This document shows, piece by piece, positions 55,561 to 64,000 of a stretch of DNA of 64,000 nt. Location of the stretch: NCBI RefSeq assembly GCF_009914755.1, contig NC_060930.1; one strand, written 5' to 3'. The DNA is from the human T2T-CHM13v2.0 reference genome, Homo sapiens. The notes under the pieces were generated by a model, which saw only the letters and a program-made list of their open reading frames with translations, ran no database searches and was not told where the DNA came from. Numbering within the stretch: the first letter of the stretch is position 1; each line of letters opens with the position of its first letter. Position numbers and translations under genes: made by a program.

Positions 55561-56594
55561 TTAAGGTGCATTCAACTTTGTTTTGCCTAGCTTTTTTAAA
55601 TTTTATTTTAATCACCTCTTCCACCCAGGATTTTTTGAAGGAATTTGAATAATGATACATTCAAACTTTACAAAACAAGGCTTTGTCTTGTCAAAATTAC
55701 AAGACAAGAGCCAACTGTCCTGTAATTCTAAAGTGTCAATTAAAAAGGCAAGACCCAGGAAAAAGGGTGGCACTCCATTTTGGAAAATTTAGAAGACTCA
55801 GAGGGAGGGCCACAGATTATTCAGCTAGAGACCTCAGAACTATACAATTTGGGGAAAATTGGTCCCAGAGTCATAGCTTCTACCCTAGGGGTATAAAGTA
55901 AAAAGAAATAAGATACTGTAACGTCAGTCAAAATATATATAGACTACCACAGTTTCTCTGAAAGATGTCATATTACGAGCTTCTATGCAACAGAAAGTGA
56001 TTTTACTATTTTCTCCAACTGCTATATCCATGCATTTCATAGAAGGTTATTATAATCTAAGTGTTTTTTTCATTTCTCCCACCTGCCCCCACCTTTTTAA
56101 AAGTTTAACTTAATCAGAGCATGGGTGTATATCTGTGGGATTTTTTTCTTCTTCTTCAGGTTCTGTCATGCTATCATCACAGCAGTCTTTATCAAACCAG
56201 GACTAAGTGGTTAATATCTTGTTAACTCATTCATGGAGCACTTTCAATTAGCAAACTTCTATTAATCACTAATGGGTGGAACCCTGGAGATGAAAGCTAC
56301 CTGCTTCATAAGCAGCACTGGTGGAAGACAAACATATGAACAAACACACAGACAGACAGACACACACACAGTGTTATGGGAGCTGAAGAAAAGAAGAGCT
56401 ATAATTCTGCTTAGAAAAGTCAGGGAAGTCCTCATACATGAGGTGATATAGGAACCATATTTTGAAGGATATGTAGCAAGCCAAAAGATGGACCTGGTGA
56501 GTAAAGTTTATTATTGATAAAGAGAAAACCTCGCAGAACACAGAGTTTGGTGTGTTTGGGGACTACAATGGCTGTGGTAGAAGCATGTATATGC

Positions 56595-56830
56595 AGCAGT
56601 GTCACATGAAGGTTAAGACACTAAACTTTGGCATCATTCTCCCTGGTATGAACCCTGGCACTGACCTTGAACAAATTCGTTATTAATTTCTTTGTGCCTT
56701 AATTTCCTTATCTATATAATAGGAAAAGAAACAGTACCTAAACTGTAGGGTTTTTAAGGGTTAAATGAAATAGTACTGTAATGCCTGGCACATAATAAAC
56801 ACTTAAAAATGTTAACTATCAGTATTATTA
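56595..56830 (+). mobile_element. MIR SINE
   Basis: 'tgaccttgaacaaatt...ttcctt atctata...ttaaatgaaa...tgcctggcacataataa'. Confidence 0.8.
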
Positions 56831-57401
56831 TCCCCCAAAGACAACTACTTCTTGAGTAATCAATATTACTATTATGAGTGAAATTTCCTCCACATGTGTC
56901 TTCACACTAACAATAAGCAATATTAGATTATGGTTATACATTCCTTTGGACAGGTACTCTCTTCTACAAATCAGAAATCTATTCCTGGGGGCAGCTTCCA
57001 AGTCATATATTCTGAATGATGTCTGAATAGCTGTTTCACAGCCCATCTAAGCATTCAGGTCTCCTAAATTATGAAGTAAGTTGATAAATGGGCCTATAAA
57101 AATAAGTGCAAGGAACATACTGTCACTAGGTACCTTATGTACATACTTTAGGAGGAGACATGTATTCATCAAGATACATGAAGTTTATCTTTTGAAGAGA
57201 AGAGAATCATATTGAAAGAAACAAGTTATCATTCGTGCTGGAAAACTCAGAAATCAATCCTCTAATTTCAACTGATTTGAACACAGATATCTTTTGCATT
57301 GACTAAATCTGGGCATTTGGATGCAAGAAAGACCTGAAGAAATTAATTTCCTAAAAGCTAGCTCCCTTTAGCTGAATAATATTAAATAATTATGATCACT
57401 T

Positions 57402-58124
57402 CGTAAATAAAAATAAAATTCTAAGCCCCCCTCCAACTGGATGAACGAACTGTTGGCCAAAGGGACATCAGAGAAACTCTGGAAACTGAGTTCCTGGCCA
57501 TGACAGGATGGGAGGTCGGACACACTTTGTCACGTTGTAGTCTCTTTGTTAACTGCCTTTAGGCTTTCTTATGTAAGGGCTAAACAGAAACCAGCCCTTT
57601 CAAAAGACTCCACTGCTATTTCAACCAACTGCCTGATTGCTGGCCCTCCCTTTTGTGGTTTTGGCACAACAGCCAACCAGCATTTCTTCTTGATAAAGGA
57701 GCACTCACCATGGAGTGGTTCAGGCTAGTCTGTGGAGGATACACAGTGAGGGTTTTCGTGTCCCCTGCTTTACCCTTTGACATCAGAGTGTGGAAAATTC
57801 TACCCCTGGATCATGCTAATGCTGCCAATTTTAGAACATGGGTCCCATGGAGAGGCATGAAGCTCAGTTGCACATGGGCAGGTCTCTCCTTTCATGAATA
57901 TTTATGACTCCTCCTATAGTTTATTGAATATGTATATTTGGCCATCTCATTCAGCATAAAACCCTGTCCTATTTGTCCCACCCTCAAAGCAGTCTGTTTC
58001 TGGCATCTGGCCAGAGGCCGTGCCTCCCAGCCTATCAGAATAGCCACCTTGCAGGCTGCAACTCTTTATGAGAAATAAAGCTCTCCTTTCCACTTGTATG
58101 AACCTTGTCATTCTTCAGCTGACC
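57402..58124 (+). mobile_element. ERV1 solo LTR (MER39-like; subfamily uncertain)
   Basis: 'gtaaataaaaataaaattctaagcccccc' start; AATAAA near the 3' end; ends 'ttcttcagctgac'; flanks cactt/tgctt. Confidence 0.75.
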
Positions 58125-58843
58125 TGCTTCAATAGATACCACTGAAAGATACAAAGAAAGTGGGCAGGACACATAACCTTGATATTTAGATTACACATTC
58201 CACCACTTTACCCGAGAGTTTCAAGTCATTATTAAATCCAGAGAGCCACTAAGGAACTGCTGTTTGGATGATGTCAGCAGATTTAGAGGGAGCTAGTTCC
58301 CCAGAGATGACCAAGTTCCACAGTCAAGAGATCTTTTCTAGTTTTCTAGGTCAGGCCATCTGAGAAAGGGAAAAATGATCATTTTGGTGAAGGGAAGTTG
58401 CAGCTAGAGGCAAATAAATCCTGTATGCTGGAGAAAATGAGATATATGAATATGAGTCAAACTGAGGAGCTATAGAGAGACCAGACCCACTGCCCATGTC
58501 ACTAAGCAGGTAAATGTGTGCATTCAGCTGTTGTAAGCCAATAAAGAGTGGTGAGGTCAGGCTTGGAGTGTGCCTTCCACAGTAAAGGAATGCAAATTAA
58601 AAAAAAAAATTGTTAAAGCATTGCACAAGCCACACTAAATACACCTGTGTCCAGGACCAGGATTCTATCTGTTTTATAATCCTGTGGGCTCATGGCCTCT
58701 GGCCTATGCTGAGAGGGGAGAAATCACACTGTGGGGCAGAACTGATAATATCATTTGTTAATAAATATGCAATTAGGTAGATAAATGGAAGAAATAGAAT
58801 TTATAGGTGTATGTCCTCAGGAAGGATAAGAGTGAACTTCAGT

Positions 58844-59370
58844 TGGAGAGAGGAGAAAGAGGGAAAGTGGTCAAGCAGGCAGTTAGGGTGGGTCCTTGGT
58901 TGAATTCTTTCAAACAAAAGAATAGCCTGAAAAATCAGCCTGCAGGCACAGATAAGGGAACTTGTACAGAAGGCCTTGTCTAAGACATGCCCTCAATGGA
59001 AAATTCCATCCTCTAATACATGCACAGTAAGGGGAGCAAAGCAATATGGAGTAACTCAAGCTAAGGGCCTGTATGCACACTAGGAGAACAGGAGTGGAGC
59101 TACCAGAAATTCGTGGCTTATGCAAATGAGACGCCCAGCCCTCTTCAGTTTCTTATAAAAGCCTTTGCGTTCAACTGTAAAAACAGCAACCCTCTTCTGG
59201 GCCCCCTCTCCATGACAGAGAGCTTTCTTCTTTCACTTATTAAACTTTCGCTCCAACCTCACCCTTTGTGTCCACACTTCTTAATTCTCTTGGTTGTGAG
59301 ATGAAGAACTCCGGGTGGTACTTCACAATGAGACACTGCTACATTGTGATGCATTGGCGAGACTGTAACA
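58844..59370 (+). mobile_element. ERV1 solo LTR, LTR9/MER61 group
   Basis: 'gagagaggagaaag...caggcagttagggtgggtcct'; octamer, TATAAAA and ATTAAA; ends 'actgtaaca'. Confidence 0.75.
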
Positions 59371-60583
59371 GTAAGATCTACATTAAATTAGGGAAATTAG
59401 TATGGGGGTCTATATTCTGTAGCTTTGCCAGTTTGTTCTTAGGATTTTCTGTTTTGCCTATGAATTGGGGTGCAGGGAGACGGAGTTGAGCAAAAAAGCA
59501 AAAAGATCTTTCCATACCCGTCCTTCCGCTGAGTGGGGCTTTTGTAAAAGAATGAGATATTACAACCTTATAGTAGGTTCTTTTAGCTTACTTAATTTCT
59601 TTGTGTTTACTCTTTGAAAGGGCAAACAGATAATGTACTGCCCAAATTCTAATGACAAAACCAAATAAACAGGGAGCGGCCCTCGTGAAGTCTCCTTCAT
59701 TACTTGCCTAAAACTCAATTATTAGCATCATTGTAAGCACCTCTTAGCCAGGCTGGAGCTCCACAAAAAAAAAAAAAAGACCTAAAATTCCATAGAAGTA
59801 GAGTCTTAGCCTAGGAAGTAAGAGTCACTTGATATGGAATTTACAATGTGTGATGATAATAAGCTATATGATTATTTTTTGAAGTTACTGTTTCGTTTAA
59901 TGTAGTTTTGAAAGATTTTGTTTTTAAAGGAGGGGATTTGGTGTTATTAGGAAGGAGAAACTAAAGTCCAGGCAAGTTTGTAAATGGAAAAAAAAAATAA
60001 ACATTGGGTGAAAAGAGCAATGATTGAGGAAAGAATGCTATTGAAGGGTAAAGAAGTAAAGATGCAGTGCTGTCTTTTTGGTAGCTGTTGCCTTGAAAAG
60101 ACAAGATAGGTTTAGCTTCAGGATGGAGACAGCCCAAGGCCCCAGGGCTCCAACCAGTTGGTCAAGAACCAGCCATTTTTGTTAAAATGAGAAGAGACCT
60201 CTCTATTCCATGGAACAGTGTTTTTTCTTTCTTTCTTTCTTTTTTTTTTTTTGTTGTTTTTAATGAGTACTTTATTTTTTGAATAGACAAATAAATGAAT
60301 GAACTGCCACAAAATCACTTACCAAGTTCTTGCACATATTTGGTCCTGTTCAAGACTATATATTCTGTATTATTGATATTTGTTTGTTTTGTTGTCAGTC
60401 CCATACAAATTTAATAACTGCACCTTAAAAACATTTTAATATCTCTTAGGTTTTGATGACTTCCCATATACTCTACAATAATTCATTGTAGTCTAAAACG
60501 TTTTCCAACTATTCTTACATATTTATCCTCCAGTTGAATTTTATAATCATTTGTCAAATTTAAAAAATCTCATTGTATATATA

Positions 60584-60923
60584 TTTATTTTAATTTCCAT
60601 TTTTATTTAGATTCTGGGGTAGATATGCAGGTTTGTTACAAGGGTATATTGTATAATGCTGAGGTTTGGGCTTCTATTGATCCCAACACTTAGACAGTGA
60701 ATATAGTACCCAACAGGAAGTTTTTCAGCCTTTGCCCACTCCCTCCCTCCCTCCTTTTGGAGTCCTCAGCATCTACTGTTCCCATCTTTGTTTGTGTGTA
60801 CTCAAGATTTAGCTTCCACTTATAAATGAGAATATGTCATATTTGGTTTTATGTTTCTGTGCTAATTTGCTTGGGATAATGGCCTCCAGCTGTATCTATG
60901 TTGCTGCAAAGGACATTATTTCA
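60584..60923 (-). mobile_element. L1PA15/16-like 3' end
   Basis: 'gcaggtttgttacaagggtatattg', 'atagtacccaacagg', 'ccacttataaatgagaatatg', 'gttgctgcaaaggacat'. Confidence 0.9.
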
Positions 60924-61627
60924 AAAAGGTAGAAATGCCAGCTCCCTTAGATGAGAAAAAATCAGCACAAGAACTCCAGCAATTCAAAAAGTCAGAGTGT
61001 TTTGTTACCTCCAAAGGATCACACTAGCTCCCTAGCAATGGATCCTAACCAGATTGAAATGTCTGAGTTGATGGACATGGAATTCAGAATCTGGATGGCA
61101 AGGAAGCTCAAGGAGATCCAAGAGAAAGTTGAAATCCAATCCAAGGAAGCCAGAAAAGTGATCCAAGATTTGAAAGATAACATAGCCATATTAAGAAAGA
61201 AGCAAATTGAACTTTTGGAATTGAAAAGTTCACTAGAGGAATTTCAAAATACAGTTGGAAGCCTTACCAACAGACTAGGCCAAGCAGAAGAAAAAATTTC
61301 AGAGCTCAAAGACTGATCCTTCAAATCAACCCAGTCAGACAAAAATAAAGAAAAAGGAATCTTTAAAAAATGAACGAAGCCTTTGAGATATATGGGATTA
61401 TACAAAGTAACCAAATCTATGACTCTGGCATTCTGGAGAGAGAAGACAGAGTAAGCAACTTGGAAAACATATTTGAGAATATAATCAATGAAAATGTTCC
61501 CAATTTTGCTAGAGAGGTCAACATGGAAATACAAGAAACAGAGAACCCCTGCAAGATATTATACAATTCGATCATTCCCCAGGCACATAGTCATCAGAAT
61601 TTCCAAGATCAACCCAAAGGAACAATC
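60924..61627 (+). pseudogene. L1 ORF1 N-terminal fragment (old L1PA/L1PB-like), disabled
   Basis: ORF 60951-61316 'MRKNQHKNS...EFRIWMARKLKEIQE...RLGQAEEKISELKD' is the ORF1p coiled coil; continues with frameshifts ('LENIFENIINENVPNFARE'). Confidence 0.9.
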
Positions 61628-62469
61628 AGAGTTAATGCAGAAAAATAGGGAATAGGTTTAAGGTGCAATTAGCACCTTCTGTTCTACACATCGGCAGAGC
61701 TGACACAGAAAGTGATTCACCAGGTTGTATGAAGAAATTCTGAGAAAACTCTGTAAATTCACAAAATTCAATGCACAATTAAATAAACTAAAGAAATAAT
61801 TGTGCATAGTTGGAAGCATTCTATACTGATTGTGGACTTTACTTTGTAAATCATGTGGTTATAAGTAGAAATGAGAGATTAATGGAAATATCTGCTACTT
61901 AGTACAAGTTTTTTTTTTAATAAATGCATTAGATAATCACAGGTTGTATGCCTAATTCTCATGATGACCAAACATCTGTTTATGACATATACACACACAC
62001 ACCTCTATTCCCAGGTGTAGCTACCTAGAGACTCAGTGCCCTCGAGCAGTGAATTGGCCTATAAAAGGTTACTTTTAGAATCACAAACATTTTACAAACT
62101 TAAAATATCACATATGATTTTCAAATAGATACCAAGGCACTTCCAAGACATAGGGCAACTGTCTAGAAGTAGAACTGAGGGAATAGTGGTAGGGGTAAAA
62201 ATATGAAAGTCATAAAATATTGATGCCATTATTATGAAAGTGATAAAATAGAAATATATAATGTTTATGTTTTAACCAAATATAAAACTAGAGACATTAA
62301 AATAGCATACCATGCACCAAAATAAACAGGGAAAACAATAAGAAACTACAAATTTGACTGCAAAAATGACTTAAGTTTTTATGGCCGTAAAGGATGCCAG
62401 CACAGGATAATGTACTGGAACAAAATAAATACTCTGCTCTTTCTGGAATTAGGTCCCTGTTTGGTCAAT

Positions 62470-62675
62470 GTGGCTTTTTCCAGTGTGTGAATTTGTGGAA
62501 TATTGTTCCTATGAAATGCTCCATTAAAAAAAATATTCTATGCCCAAATAAGTTTGAGAAATGTTGCAAAACATATTTCTCCTTTGGTATTTGATAATGC
62601 ACACAAGCACATTAAGAGCTCTGAGAAGTCCTACAGTAAAAAAATGTTTATCTTATTTTACAACCAGAGTTAACT
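62470..62675. mobile_element. hAT-Charlie non-autonomous element fragment; probable remainder at ~63740-63806
   Basis: 'caaataagtttgagaaatg', 'gctctgagaagtcctacagtaaa'; 'cacattttgagaaacaatg' after the LTR. Confidence 0.5.
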
Positions 62676-62677
62676 AT

Positions 62678-63712
<1,035 letters not shown>

Positions 63713-64000
63713 CTATACATGTTTGAGCTCCCCCAGCCCCCAACCCCCAAACACATGCCTTTTTGCAAACACCAATTAAAACTGTGCACATTTTGAGAAA
63801 CAATGATTTATAGTATTCTATTTAAGGTTTTATAAGATGGTTTCAAATATTTTTAAGATTCTAATTATCTTAAGAATGAGAATTAAGAAAATTTGACTGA
63901 AAAAGAGACAAAATAACAAGTTTCTTTAGGCATGCAAGCAACATTTCTCATTTGCACTTCCTCATCAGCACCTCAGAGAACGCACAAAAAATGATTCATC

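Overview
AT-rich, CpG-depleted primate (very probably human) non-coding DNA, either intergenic or a large intron. No protein-coding gene, RNA gene, CpG island or CRISPR array can be supported. The long ORFs are Alu, L1, Tigger1 or microsatellite artefacts. Much of the window is interspersed repeats: Alu/FLAM/FRAM, L1 of several ages, L2, MIR, MaLR/ERVL/ERV1 LTRs and DNA transposons. Family calls come from recalled consensus sequences, so subfamilies and the boundaries of old repeats are approximate. The most interesting structures are: (1) a ~170-bp, ~95% identical inverted copy of part of an MLT2A LTR pasted into the neighbouring MLT1 LTR (42840-43756); (2) a provirus-like unit with non-matching LTRs (ERVL MLT2 5' LTR, MaLR internal region, MLT1A 3' LTR) carrying nested THE1, AluY, full-length Tigger1 and AluJ insertions (45865-51277); (3) a head-to-head L1 joining a 3' end to the ORF1 start (60584-61627); (4) a HOX/CDX-MEIS-TCF motif cluster in unique sequence (~24120-24460); (5) an ERV1 LTR with p53, octamer and TATA motifs; (6) a few candidate non-coding exons. 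I found no evidence of a new coding system.
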